Part shown: in pieces, positions 12,501 through 25,426 of the stretch
Position numbering within the stretch: position 1 is the first letter of the stretch
Layout of the letters: each line of letters opens with the position of its first letter
Program-made: the position numbers and the translations under genes
Notes under the pieces: generated by a model
Databases searched by the model: none
The model's input: only the letters and a program-made list of their open reading frames with translations
What the model was told of the DNA's origin: nothing
Source: Yuukianura sp. NJ FZ-2021
Lineage: Eukaryota
Direction: 5' to 3'
DNA: 64,000 nt
Assembly (NCBI GenBank): GCA_046563655.1
Contig: CM102284.1
Span: forward strand, 2,852,001-2,916,000

Positions 12501-14477
12501 CTTCCAGTTTTGGATTTTTCTTCAAATTTGAAATTCTGATAAGAAAATTCAGCAAATCATCTGGTAGCGCCTTCGGCTCAAAATTTTGCTTGTTTAAAGT
12601 TTTCAAAATGGACTCAATAATGGCCTCCAAAAATGGAAGTTCTTTGCCATCCCATTTTTTGTCTTTCTTCACAGCATCGTAAGCTTTGGTAAATGCACCA
12701 AGCCACTCTTTGGACAATCCAGGGCTGGATTCGTGCTCAAGGTAGTCACATACTATTTGACCCACTTGTGTTTGCATTTTCTTTGCATCGGCACTACTAG
12801 CGTCTTGTGTCGTAATTTTGAGAAGTTTTTCAAAAAAATTCTGCTTTTCCTCAAGGTCGTTTGCTCTTTGTTCGATGTTGGCCTAAAAAAAATTTAAAAA
12901 AACATCACTTAAAAAATGTACTCAATTTTTTGTAAAGTATTTTTTTCAGAAATAATTTTTGTTTCTAGAAAAAAAAAACAATAATCTTTTTCGCTAAATA
13001 ATACCTGCTCAGCAATATATTCCAAATGTTGTTCATAATTTTCATCTGCTTCTTTTTGCTTGTTATTGAAGTATTTGCACAGAGCTTCAATTGACTCGGC
13101 AAAAGTTTCGTGAAGATTGTTGTCATCTTTTTTGAAAATTCGCCAAAGAATTCTCCGCATTTCTGCATTGCACCGCTCTTCTTTCCTGAACTTTTGAAGC
13201 AGTTTTTCTGATTTAGTGGGCAGCTGGGATCTCATTCTACACTGTTCCAACGTACGGAGCAGCGTAAGCCTTCGATCAGTTGCAGGCGGGTCTAACATGA
13301 AGTCGGTCAACGGATACTCCGTTAGCGCATCAATAATGTTATCAGGAATTACTTGTTGTTCGCTAATTTTTAAAAAGGCTTTGCCAATTTGGGCTCGGGT
13401 GAGTTCCGGCATAGCGCCAGCAAATCCAAGTGTGATTCCCCAAGCAATGAACTTATCTTTAAGATAAACCATGTCGTCGTAACAGATTGGTTGTCCGCTA
13501 TGGGCTTGATCGTAGAGATAACTCACTTCCATTCCCGTCGTCCGCCAATAGGATCGCACGCTTTCTCCTTCATTGCTGAGTGTTGGAGTCAATTCTAGGG
13601 TTTGATTAGTCCCGCGAACTTTTCCTCTGGAACTGTTTAGTGCCTTGGCAAGATTGATAGCCTCAATTTCTTCTTTTTCTGACACATTGTGTTTGTATAC
13701 AGTCGTAACCGCTTGTTGACTCTTGACAACGTCTGCCCTTTGACCTGACTTTTTAGTCACCTCATGCACATGCGTCAACACACCCGATCCCGTTTGAAAA
13801 ACGCTTTTTTCACTTTTTTCCAACTCGTCCGCGTAGTAATCCTTATGCTCTTTGGCTTTTGACTTTCCCTTGTCCTGACCTTTTTCTGAAAAATCCGCGG
13901 CAAGGCCGAGTTTCACTAGTTTGGCATGTAAGAGAGACGACGTCTTGAGGTCAACTTGTGGAAGGTAGCTCTTCACATGCGAAATCAGCTTAGAGTCGCA
14001 GTTGTCATGGGTTAGCGTCATTGTGATGCACTGGATCAGCTGACTCAAAATGGCGTGGCAGACAACGTCATCCTTGCCTGGACCTTGGTTTTGTTTTTGA
14101 ATTGTCGAAATGTGCTTTAAAATTTTAGCTGGGTCTAGGGCAGTTTCATTATACGCAAGTGAGTACTTGAGAGTTGTGGCAATGTGATACTTTGTTTCCG
14201 CAGTTACGTTAGGTGACTCAAGAAAAGCACAGATTGACTCCAGAATAGACAGTGGAAGGCCGTGACGACGCGCGAGGTACTTGAGCAGTTTGATGACATT
14301 GCATGAAGCACCGTCGTCCAGCTTCCAGCATGCGTCTAAATGGATTGTGTTTTTCGAGGCATGCGCAGTCCAGAGCTTTTGAAGCTCTTGATAGACGAGT
14401 GAACTGTCTGAGGCGTGGACGTAAAGATTGAAAAAAGTTCGAAATTCTTTTGCAAAGTCCATTTTCTCCAGGCACAT
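563..14477 (-). CDS. Giant (~4110 aa) SecA-like ATPase protein with N-terminal helical repeats and a C-terminal hydrophobic hairpin, permuted OTU-like protease and T5orf172/GIY-YIG-like domain; 9 coding exons
   Basis: Hand-spliced exons with GT-AG boundaries and matching phases: 14477-13005, 12882-12055, 11826-11771, 11688-11343, 11075-10151, 9959-7117, 6619-5537, 5441-5012, 4911-563 (12333 nt, divisible by 3). SecA motifs: QVATGSGKS, LAERDA, FQFDFLRD, AIVDEVDAMLID, WNNGLHQF, GFTGT, STNLAGRGTDI, GGLHV, QAFGRTSRQGNKG. The start could be ATG 14477 or 14462; a likely 5'UTR intron lies at ~14501-14881. Confidence 0.85.
6712..6960. repeat. Degenerate intronic minisatellite or low-complexity repeat (GGAATGTGGTAGATAAAATGTAG-like units)
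   Basis: Recurring ggaatgtggtag(ataa) units at ~6729, 6784, 6836 and 6892 inside intron 6620-7116 of the SecA-like gene. Confidence 0.7.
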
Positions 14478-16995
14478 GTGCAGTTCGGTTCTGTAGTTTC
14501 CTACAATTTCAATACAAATTCAAGTCTATGAATTGGCTTTACAGCATAATGTTTTTTTTTACAATTTTAAGATTTTTTATATTATGACAATAATTTTGGA
14601 ATATTCTTAATCATGGTTTAAAATTAATTGTTGCGAAGCCTGCTACGTGACCTCCGCCACAGAAATAAGTTTTCATGATATTTTCCAAAAATAATTGAAC
14701 CAAAACGATTGAAATTTTCTCTGAATTAAGCCTCACTTAATTAAATTAAAAGTTTATAACTTCTTCAAAAATTGATATTTAATATCAATCTTAGCGCCTT
14801 AAAATGTGAACCGTCATAAAAATTTTAAAGTATTTTACAATTTTTCTTTCATAAAAAAGAGACAATTGAGAAATCACTTACAATGTGTCAAGCACGACAC
14901 CTTTGGCTTCGACTTTTTTTTTCAATTTTAAACTGCAACCTAGTACTATGACCACTAGCACTAGGTTGACTAGGTCAGAAAATTTTGGACGTGACCCACT
15001 TCACATTCAGTGTTTAAATAGAAAATTGTCCATAGAATTCAAACAAAGTGCTTCTTATACGAAAAAAAAACGTTTTCTTAGTTCTTACTAGTGATAGAGT
15101 TTGTTTTGTTCAAGAAAAGAGTCATGGCAGTTTAGTGGTTGCTTCTAAACTGACGCTGTTGTACATCAGTTGGCATAACTTTTAGTACAAGGCCACTTGA
15201 GAAACTTTCAATATCTCATCAGACGCAAACAATTCTTGGAGATCATTTTTCCACGAAGCCGGCTGGACTTTGCACCAACGTCTGGTATAGAGCCAAACCC
15301 AGAGCAAAAAAAAGCAGTTCAACTGAACGGCAGTTGCAGAGATTGAACTTAAGGCTTCGCTAAATTCGACGGAACGATTCGGATTTCAGCTGAAATCCAA
15401 ATTGTAAAGATTGAAATAAAAATTGTTAATACTAGAAACTTCAACATTCGATTCAATCAAATTGCAATACCATTTGCTTTTATTAAATTGATTAAAATGT
15501 TGTTCACAGAAGAAAGCGTATTGAAAAGTGGATGTTTTTTCATCTTTTGCTTATTTCTATTTTCTTTGCTATTTTTCAATTTTTTGAGATTCAGTTAACT
15601 TTGTTGTGCGTTAGAGGAATATTTTGTTTAATTCCGAAAACCGAAACCCACTTTACAAAACTTTTTACTCGGATTTGAATCAGGGTTCAAGCCCACACCT
15701 AAACTGGAGTTCTTTGGAATAACCTTGGATGTTGGGTGGTGTGAAAATATTATTTGCTTACTTGTTGCTAACTTTAGAACTCTTCGTAGAAGTGAGGATT
15801 TATGGGACAATAGCGAATGGGGTCAGAGCAAATAAAAGTGTCAGGTCACGTCACAGTTATAAAGTGGCTAACTTTGCACTTTAACCTCACTTTAACACCA
15901 ACTTTTGATTAGAATATGAAGACTTGCTGGTATTTGCAATAATATCGAGTTACACAATGTGTGGAGAACTATCTTATATCTTATTATTATTTTTTGTAGT
16001 CTTATTTTTTTCCGGGAGCTTAACGGATTTATGTCCTCCGATTTTTTCGTTACATTTAGAAAATGAGTTATTTTAAACATTGTACTAAAAGGACTCTAAG
16101 CACCATTACTGGATTTCACTGACGCTATAGTTCAACAAGGCTCGTAAAAGTTAAGCTGCGGATTCAAAAAAAAAAAATTCTGACAAGTATGTCTGAGGCG
16201 AGCATGCTTGAAAACGCGTACAAGGCACATGCTACTGCGAAATCTGTTGTAAGAGGAAAAGCCACTTGCGATCATTAGCAGGGTTTTAAGTATTTTTCAT
16301 GTTTTTTCGAGTTTCTTCAAAGAGCAAGTTGAACAAATTAGTGAGTTATTACATAGAATTAGTATATTTCATTTACTTCTTTGCAAGTTCAATCGTCAAC
16401 TAGAGCATGATTGACGGAACTAATACATAATACTAATAACCCTCGGAACTTTATTGATTGTCTTTGCTTTAATATATGCAGACTTCAACCTGATTGACGT
16501 TTTACAAAAGTTAAGAAATATAACTTCTACGGAATTGAAGTTTTCGAAGTTATTCACTATTCAACGTTTCACGTTAATTACAAAACTAGAACCAACTTCC
16601 AAGTTTGAAAGATTTGAAATCCTGTAGGATTTCAATGTTTAAAATTTAAAAAAAAAGTGCGGCAAACTCTTTCACAAGCGAAATATATTTCGCACTGATG
16701 GAAAACAACAAACAAGCATCATAAGTATTTAGAGTAAGCCCTAGATTGTATGAAAGACTAAGAATTCAAGCAGTAATAAGCAAATTACTAGATCTAGAAT
16801 CTAGATCACAGCCTTATGATTTCCTATTTAAAGCGACGCTTGGATAAAGTTTAATTAGTTTTCATTTTTCGGATATGTTTAATTAAGTCTGAAAAACACG
16901 CTAAAAACATGTAGTCGTGTTTTTTTAACACGCACACATTTTAATTTTTCACTGATTAGTACATTACATTATTTGGTGCTTTGCAGCAATTTATA

Positions 16996-19504
16996 ATGTT
17001 GTCAGTGGCACTTCTTTCAACGGCAATTTTAATTTGTCTTTTCTACAACTGGTGGAACCCGAAGAACTTGCCGCCTGGTAAAAACTTTATTTTAAAAATT
17101 GTTAGAAAATAACAGTCAATTATAGTGTTATATTTTTTTAACATGGAAGCCGTGATGACAAATGTTTCAATTTGCACAGGTCCAAAAAACTGGCTTGGCG
17201 TAGGAGCTGCTGTGAAAGTGTGGGGTACAAATTTGAGGTTTCCACATCTCGCTTTCATTGAACTTGCCAAAAATTATGGTGACATTATGTATGTTTCGTG
17301 GGGTGTTCACGACACAAGTAAGACCAGCGTATTTTAAAATTGCGTTTAAAAAGTAATTTTGTCATTAAAATGTTATTTAATTTTTTAATTAATACAAACG
17401 TTAGTTTATTTTATTTTTTAAAGTTGTTATTAACAAGTTTGAGGACATGAAGGAGCTGCTAACGAAGCATGAGTTCCATGCTCGCTATGAGTTTGACTAT
17501 TTGAAAGACAGGGCATTTGGAAGAGAGCTGGGTAAGTTGAACAGATTCACTACGACTTCAAAATTTAATTAGTAATACAAATAATCTTATAAAACTGTAC
17601 GAATTGAAAACCTGTCACACGATTCTTCAATGGCCATTTTTGTTTAATTTTGCAGGGCTTCTATTTAGTAGTAACAAACTTTGGAGCGACATGCGCCGCT
17701 TTTCGCAAAAACAACTGTCAAATTTTGCATTAAAAAAATCTGAGATTCTTGGAAATGCTATTAAAGACGAATTCTTGGATTTTGCGGCTGCTATAGAACA
17801 ATCGGCAGAACGCAATTCTGGGTTAATTACAATTGACTGCACGTTTGATAAAACAATTACGAACATTCTATGGCGACTTCTTTTTGGATTTGAGTCCGAA
17901 GAATGTTTAAAAAAGGTTTACAAAGTCACGGAAGCCAATGAAAAACTGATGAAGACGTTTTCATACAAGAACCTTGCGTTGCCGTATCCGTGTCTGCGAA
18001 AAATATTTCCACGTCTAACAGATCACTATAACAACATGAAATTGTTCAAACACAGTCAAGACACCTTCCGCGTAAGTTTCCGTTCAAATTTTTAATGATA
18101 ACGCATACGTTGACAGAAGTAATGTGTAGTGTCTTATAAGGCAAATGTTTGGTTGATTTATGTTTACGACGAATGCCAATGTTGCCAGATACAAAACCAA
18201 CTAAAGTTAAGTTATGTAGGCAACACGATGAGATATTACAATTTTTTATTAAATAAATATTAACAAAAAATACTTTTATGCTCAACATATTTATAATACA
18301 CAGGAACTCATCGAGGAATCTCGGAAAAGACAAACGATAGGAGAAGTACCGCTTTCTTTTGTTCAAGCATTTACAGCAAAAATTCATGAAAATCTTAACG
18401 TTGATGCATCACATTTCACAGGTAAAGATTACATGCTTTTGGTCATAAGTGCATTCATGTGCATTTTTTTAAATAATATATGAGTAGGTTTGATAAAGAA
18501 TAAAAATGTATACAAACTGTACAGTTTACATTGGTATACCATTTTAATAAGATTAACAATGTTTCTCCCAACTAACGTAAATGTTTGTCAGACTTTATAA
18601 TTGGCAAAACGGCTAATTGGTAATGCTAAAACTGGTTTGTAGATGACAACTTGCTGATAACACTCCTGGATATTTTTTTGGCGGGAACTGAAACGTTGAG
18701 CAGATTCTTTGATTACGCCATTCTGTACTTAGTGATTCGGCCGGATGTTCAGGAGAAAATATTGGAAGAAATTTATTCCATATATCCAGACGGTGGAGTT
18801 CTAATTTTATCCGACAGTGACAAAATGCCGTACACCAGAGCCGTAATTCTGGAAACTTTGCGTTTGGCAAACATCATTCCAATGCCTACACCACGTAGAG
18901 TCATTGTGGACTACGTGTACAAGGGATATCATTTTCCGAAAGTAAGTACAGTCGAAGTACAATTATTACAATATTTTCAAAATAACTATTATAAAAAACA
19001 TTGTGCTATGTTATTCATAGCACAATGTTTTCGTTTTTTTCGTTTTCTTTTATATTTTTTTGTTTTAAGGGTGCTTGTATAGCTTTCAACTTAGTTGGTG
19101 CACTGAGGGACCCCACTTACTGGGGAAATGACGTAGACAAGTTTTCTCCTGAGCGTTTCATTAATCCCGTTACCGGAGGAGTGATCAAGACAGATCGCGT
19201 GCCCGCATTTGGATTCGGTAATGTAAAAAAAAAAACTTAAATTTAAAACATAATATGCTTTAAATTTAATTTTAATTTTAAATTTAATAAAACTTTGCTG
19301 AATAACGTTTTTCTTTCCTCAGGGAAAAGAAGTTGCTTAGGGGAAACTGTTGCAAGACAATCCGCGTTCATTTACCTGACCGGATTGATTCAAAAATTCA
19401 AATTTTCACAGGCGCCAAATTCTCCTACGTTGGAGCATAATTCTCTGCCTGGGTTTACGTCAAGACCACACCCTTTCGACATTGCAGTTGCAAAACGACA
19501 CTGA
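16996..19504 (+). CDS. Cytochrome P450, CYP2 clan, multi-exon
   Basis: N-terminal anchor MLSVALLSTAILICLFYNWW then LPPGP, I-helix FLAGTET, ETLR (ExxR), PERF, and heme motif FGFGKRSCLG split by an intron at ~19218-19322. Confidence 0.93.
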
Positions 19505-20094
19505 TCAGCTTACTGCTACAGATGAACTGTTTAGTAAATCAGAGTAGTTGAAATTTTTTTAAATGAGTTTAAAGGGAAGGAGGTGTTATTAAATATTTTA
19601 AAATATTTGTTGCATTCTAAACCGCATTTGGTACCTATGATTCCTTTCCAAAACAACGATTTTATTACTGCGCTGGTAAAGGTTGAATCTAGCTGTAGCG
19701 CCTTTAATAATACATTTTGAAACAAAATAAAATGGATAAGAGCAGTAGAATTTCGACGGAAGTTGCAAAACGTCTACCAAATTTTTCCATCATATATTTT
19801 CTTGAATCTTGCAAATGCTTTAAAATCATTAAACCCGAACAAAATTCTACGAAGTTCTACCGCACCTCTCTACGAAATTCTACGAACCGCATACTGTTAA
19901 CCGGAATCAAGGCAGGATTTGGTTTAGGAAAAAGTTGCAATAACTTAATAAAAGTGGTTGTATTACTGAGGACTCTTGCGGATTTCCGTGTTTATGCAAA
20001 GTTCAGTGCGAGAACTGAAAAGTTCTATTAGTTTAATCAGAAAATAAATAAATATTAAACATAAGTTACATAGAGAAAACTCTTGCTTTTAAAA

Positions 20095-23000
20095 ATGATT
20101 TTGGCCTGTGGAATTGTGTTTTGTTTAATGACACCAGCATTTACGTCGGACTCTGTCAAAAGAGTAAGTTATCGAACTGGCAACTATAAATTGATTAACC
20201 AATTTAACATTTTCATTTTTCAGGAAACTGATTTCGTCTTGGAAGGAAGCTCGGACTATTTTGAATTATTTGCACCGGAGCCATTAAATACGAAATGTGA
20301 GTTTAAAACTTTCAAGGTATCCCACGCTACGGTAGATCGTACAACTCTCGTCAACTTCCTCCAGAAATGTCAGCAACTCACTGAAGTTCAACTGAAAAAT
20401 ATCAGATGGGAGTGGGATAATAGCGGAGTTACGCAAACAATTCATCTTCCAGCTTTGAAAAAATTTGAATTTGAGTTGTTTGGTGATGCAGCCCTAGCCT
20501 GGAAATCCGCCAGGGATATTGAATCCATCATATTTTTTCATGTTAAGCCATACACAAAGGGCGGTTTCAAGGAGCTGTTGAATGTGAACTTTAGTATTTC
20601 CGGTAGAACTTTGGAAGGAAAACTGCGGCTTACAAGTGGGGGTTTGGTGGAAGTCATTGGAATTAAAGACAAGCATGTCTGGAACTTACTTTTTGAAATC
20701 TGGGGGTCCTTTACCGCCTTCAGTTGTACCAATTGCCTATTTGATCTTTCAAAACTGGATTTTGCGGAAATGACCTCAATATATCTCAACACCAGCATCA
20801 CAAGTGGACAGTTTGAAGACGTCTGGAAATCTGCACACAACGTCTATGAACTGACTTTTTTACCTCAAAACGAAACAAATATTAATCTTTCGTTGTTATT
20901 CAAAGAACGTTTGACAAAACTAGTTGTTTCAAAAGTAAATTTTTGCGAGAATTCAAAAACAGAAACACTAGAAAACCGGCCTTATACAAACTTCGCTAAA
21001 AATCCAAATAGTATTAACGGAAATTTTGAATGCTCGCTCAAAGTATTTCAAATGTCTGACCATCAGTTATGTCGATCAACCTTGGTCCGCTTTCTTCGAG
21101 ATTGCCGTAACTTGAATTCCATTAAGCTCCAAAATGTTACTTGGAAGTGGGTTGCACACCTTGGGAATCAAAAAATTCATCTTCCACGTCTCAGTGAATT
21201 TCACTTTGATCTGAATCCTGATGAGAGCTCAGCATGGAAATCGAGCGGGGATTTTGAATCTATTGTATTCTTTCACAAGAATTCAAATTCCAAACATGGA
21301 CTTCTGGAACTTCTGGATCTTAGTGACTTCTCTATTGTTGGAAACACTGCGGAGGGATTCCTAAGTTTGCAAAATAGAACCCTATGGGCAAATCAAATTC
21401 GAGATCAGAAATTTTGGATTCCTTTATACGAAGTATTACCCACTTTTGTTGAAGTTACAGCTTCAGAGTGTGTTTTGGACACGGAAAAATTAAACTTAAC
21501 TTCAGCAAAGTCTCTACAAATGATCGACAACCAGTTGCAACATGGCCGAATTGCGGATATTTTAAAAACGTTGCCAGTTGTGGAGATGTTGCAGATCACG
21601 GCGTTGGAGGATGAGGCAGTTGACGTTGCCTTACTTCCCCGACATACGCTCAAAAGCGTTCAAACGAAGCGAATGAGCTTCCGCTGGGCTTCTGACCATA
21701 CGCCTATTCATTTTCCAAGGCTTGAATCACTGGAAATGGTCGACGGTGACCTAAATGTGAACTTGTTTGGTGTATCAAAGGAGTTCACGAAGTTGGAATT
21801 GCACCAAGTGGAGCTTATTTATAGCAGTGTTGCAGACATACGCAAGCGCATGAGCAATCTGACGCAGTTGAATTTTTACTGCCAATTTTTCAAAGGGTCT
21901 TGCCCAGAGTTCAGGCTGGGTACACTCCCTGAGTCAATCACTTCACTCGTTTTGAATAACGTCAAAGTTACTGCAGGACAGATCCGTGCATACCCAAACC
22001 TCCAGCAAATTGCCTTCTTTTGGTGCAATGTAGACCGCGACATACTGTGGAATTCAGTGAGGATGTTCCCGAATCTGGACCTCATTGGCTTGTCTGTTGA
22101 GGATGTACTCAAACCAGGAGTATTTGAGGAAGTACTCAAATTGCCAACACTTGAGAACTTGCTCATTGCCATTGGCCCAGGAACTCCACGCCAACTACGA
22201 ATGAAGCTTGAGTCTACTATAATGAAGTACTTGGGAGTCAGTCCACCAATAGAGAACCACGCTGTGGAAATCAACGTCCGTTTTACTAAAGAAGGTGATC
22301 AATGGAACTACGCAGTGCAGGATTTGGGGCTGCGGAGAGAATATCGCGTGTCGCAACTGCTAACGCTGTTTGGGATATCTGAAAGAAACATTACCCCGGA
22401 GACTCTGCGATTGACTTACGTTATTTACCTAGCGGTGGTGTACTCTCTGTGCACCGTTGGTTTAATTGGTAACAGCCTGAGCATGTTGACGCTTCTGCGC
22501 AAGTCCATGCGTGGATCAACGGCTTACGTCATGACTGCTTTAGCCCTGAGCGACTCACTGTATTTACTTACGACGTTTTTTAGTGCTGAAGAATTCAAGC
22601 TTCTATTCTCGTTTGGTGTCGTCCGATCCGCGTTCAATGGTCATGTCGCTTATCCGCTAAACGGAACAGGTAACACACAAACTAGTTTTCACTATACTAT
22701 ATTTTTTAATAACTTTTATTAGCAATAAATAAAAAAAGTCTACATTTATTTATATATACTGTTGTAACATAGAAATGCAAAACATTTTTTTTGTTTTCAG
22801 CCTACACTGTATCGGTGTACCTAATAATTTTGATCACAATTGAACGATTTGCTGCCATTTGTTTTCCATTTGAAGCCATTCACCTGTTCTCACTCGTCAA
22901 AACGAAGCAATACTGTTTGTGTGTTTTTGCATTTGCGACGGTTTTAAATTTTCCAAAGTGGTTTGAATTTTTCACTTGGAGCTATGCGGCGGAGTCCATT

Positions 23001-23554
23001 TCTTGGAGTTCAAATTCACCGCGCCAACTTCACAAGTTTCCTCTCTATCAAGCCGTGTACCGGAAGGGAATTTTGTATTTTTTTCTCTACGTTGTGCCAA
23101 TTCTGGCAATTGCAATTCTAAATCTACTAATCGGAATCAACGTAAGTTTTTAAAATCATACTTTCAAAAAATTCTTGAGACTTGTATTAAGAAATGGGTT
23201 CATACTCTTTAAAAGGTTAAAAAATCAGCCAAGAAGCGACAGGAACTTAAAAACACAAAAAAGACAGACTCGGGGAATTCAATTACGAAAGTCCTGCTTC
23301 TGGTTGTCTTCGTTTTTTTCGTTTGTAATACTTTGAGTGCCATCACTCAGTGGATCCTGATTTCCAAATATGTGGATCCAGAAGTTGCAGAAATATTTTC
23401 TTCGATTCCCGTTATTTTAAACTCTGCTGTCAATTTTCTACTCTACTACGCAATGGGAGCGAAATTCAGATCAGAATTCAAATTAATGTTGCAAGGTATG
23501 TGGTGTTGCGTCAGGAACCAATTGCGACACCAGGCGGCAAGTTCTGAAGGTTAA
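20095..23554 (+). CDS. Class A peptide-receptor-like GPCR (FMRFamide-receptor-like) with a large, internally duplicated LRR-like ectodomain
   Basis: Signal peptide; exons ~20095-20163, 20224-22669, 22801-23141, 23216-23554. TM1 GLIGNSLS, TM2 LALSD, TM3 TIERFAAICFPF, TM4 NFPKWFE, TM7 NSAVNFLLY. Ectodomain and TM1-2 lie in the same exon. Confidence 0.8.
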
Positions 23555-24104
23555 GGGAAAATTGAATACCTACAGTTAGTTACATAACATTATCTACAAC
23601 AGATAATGTATTAGCAATTATTCGACCAAACCATATTACTCACGTTTTATGCCAAATTAGTGCTTTTTAGTACAGAATCTGAAAAATATTGTTTTATCTG
23701 TCTGTATCTGTAAAAAAAAGCCCTTAAAAATCTACAATAAAAGGCCCAATTCAGATTTAACCCTTTGTTGTAGGTTACGGTGAAGATGATTAGTTTAATG
23801 AGTTAAGTACATAATAAATTTAAATTTAGATACGCCTGAATTGAAAACTGGAACACATTACCTTATTTTAGCAAAAATATTGCTTAGAGATTGTAATTTC
23901 AACCAAGTATTTTCAAGACTGAGATTTGATTCTGAAAGCTTCTACATGAAGTGAAAATTATCTAATGAAAGCGTCACCTCCATCAACTAGTTCAACTTCT
24001 AAAATACAATTTGGTCTGAATGACGCAGAAGAACGCTTTTAACCACTCAAAGGCCCCGTAGCCTTGTGTTAAATGACTTTTAATGTGTATAAATGTGTCT
24101 TAAT

Positions 24105-24615
24105 CTAAGGATACTGAGGCTCCAAAGTATAAAGTGTTGGCACGGCATCAGCGTACTTGCATTTCCGTTCACAATGCCAGTCACAGCATTTAGCGCCTTC
24201 AAATAAATCAATCAAAAAGACAGCATAAAAATTGTGTAGATACTTCTTTGATGAAACAAACTTTCATTTTATGGAACTAACCAAACTCTTGCTGCACTTA
24301 CCAGAAGGACATGCTTCATCAGAGTTGCAACTTTCTCGAACAATTGCAGCGCAAAATGGCGATGGATTTTCAATAGGGCAGTGACCTTCCTTATCGACTG
24401 AAAACGAGACATTACAATATCTTAAGCTCCCACAGGACAAATAAGCAATCAATCCAACAAAAAAAAAGATGTCTAAAATTTTGAAAGCAGAATATTTGAA
24501 TCTTTTTTAAAAAGAGTATTAAAACATTAAAACCTTGAGACTTACATGAAGCTAAAGAATTTGAAATGAACTGGAATACGACGAAGACGACGCAAGCAAC
24601 AACGAGCAGCTTCAT
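24105..24615 (-). CDS. Small secreted WAP (four-disulfide core) protein, 3 exons; protease-inhibitor or antimicrobial type
   Basis: Signal peptide MKLLVVACVVFVVFQFISNSLAS. Spliced mature part KEGHCP...FC...ESCNSDEACPSGAKCCDWHCERKC has the 8-Cys WAP pattern. Confidence 0.85.
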
Positions 24616-25426
24616 TTTGAGTTTTTGACGAAAAGAATGAGCCGTACCGTTAAATATTAAGCTAAAATGTGAACTAAATTACTGCTAATTGGATTTTAAT
24701 GTTTAGCTAGCTGTTGTCAATTATCATGCGCATATTAATTCTGTGGTTTAGTGGACAAGAGAGGTCGTGTTGATTTAAAGTAAACTAAAATTACTTCTAC
24801 ATGGAATTCCTGTTAATTAAAGCTCTAGTCAAAAGTGGATTTTCTGGACTTCTTGCTGCGAGAAAAGAGACTTTAGCTACACAGACTTACTTTCGAGGCA
24901 CATACGTAGGTTAATATACAAGTAAAATAACTACCTTCTATACAAATTGACTCACAGAAGATGAGATACGTTGTTGCCTATTTAGTATAGAAACACAAAA
25001 GTGCAACTAATTGTGTTAAAGATGATGGCATTGATCATTCGTAGCAATGAACCTGCTTCACTTCTACTGCGACCTACAGTAGATCCTACACTTAGACAAC
25101 GCAACGAATTGTCATTTTAAATGCTTCTCACATATCACGTGTAAATACACGCCGTTGAATGCCCGAGAGTTTTCATGAATTGATCTGGCCAATGCAATGG
25201 AATGACAATGGATATATATGTCAAGTTTCTGAACCGCAAATGAATTTTAATGACACAATTTGACTTTCGTTTAGCGGCTCAAAGGCTTTTTGTGATATAC
25301 AAATTCAGGGCAGTTTCAGGTTATATAATTCCCAGTTACTGCTAAAGTTATACTACAAAGAAGTAGTACAACAATAATAGTCGCAATATCTGTTTTACAC
25401 GCGAAGTTTGGACGCAGAGAATTGAA

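Noticed and set aside
563-14477. Treating the seven large minus-strand ORFs as separate genes of an operon
   Set aside because: Their ends coincide with GT-AG sites whose phases all match, including a 56-nt micro-exon, giving a single ORF.
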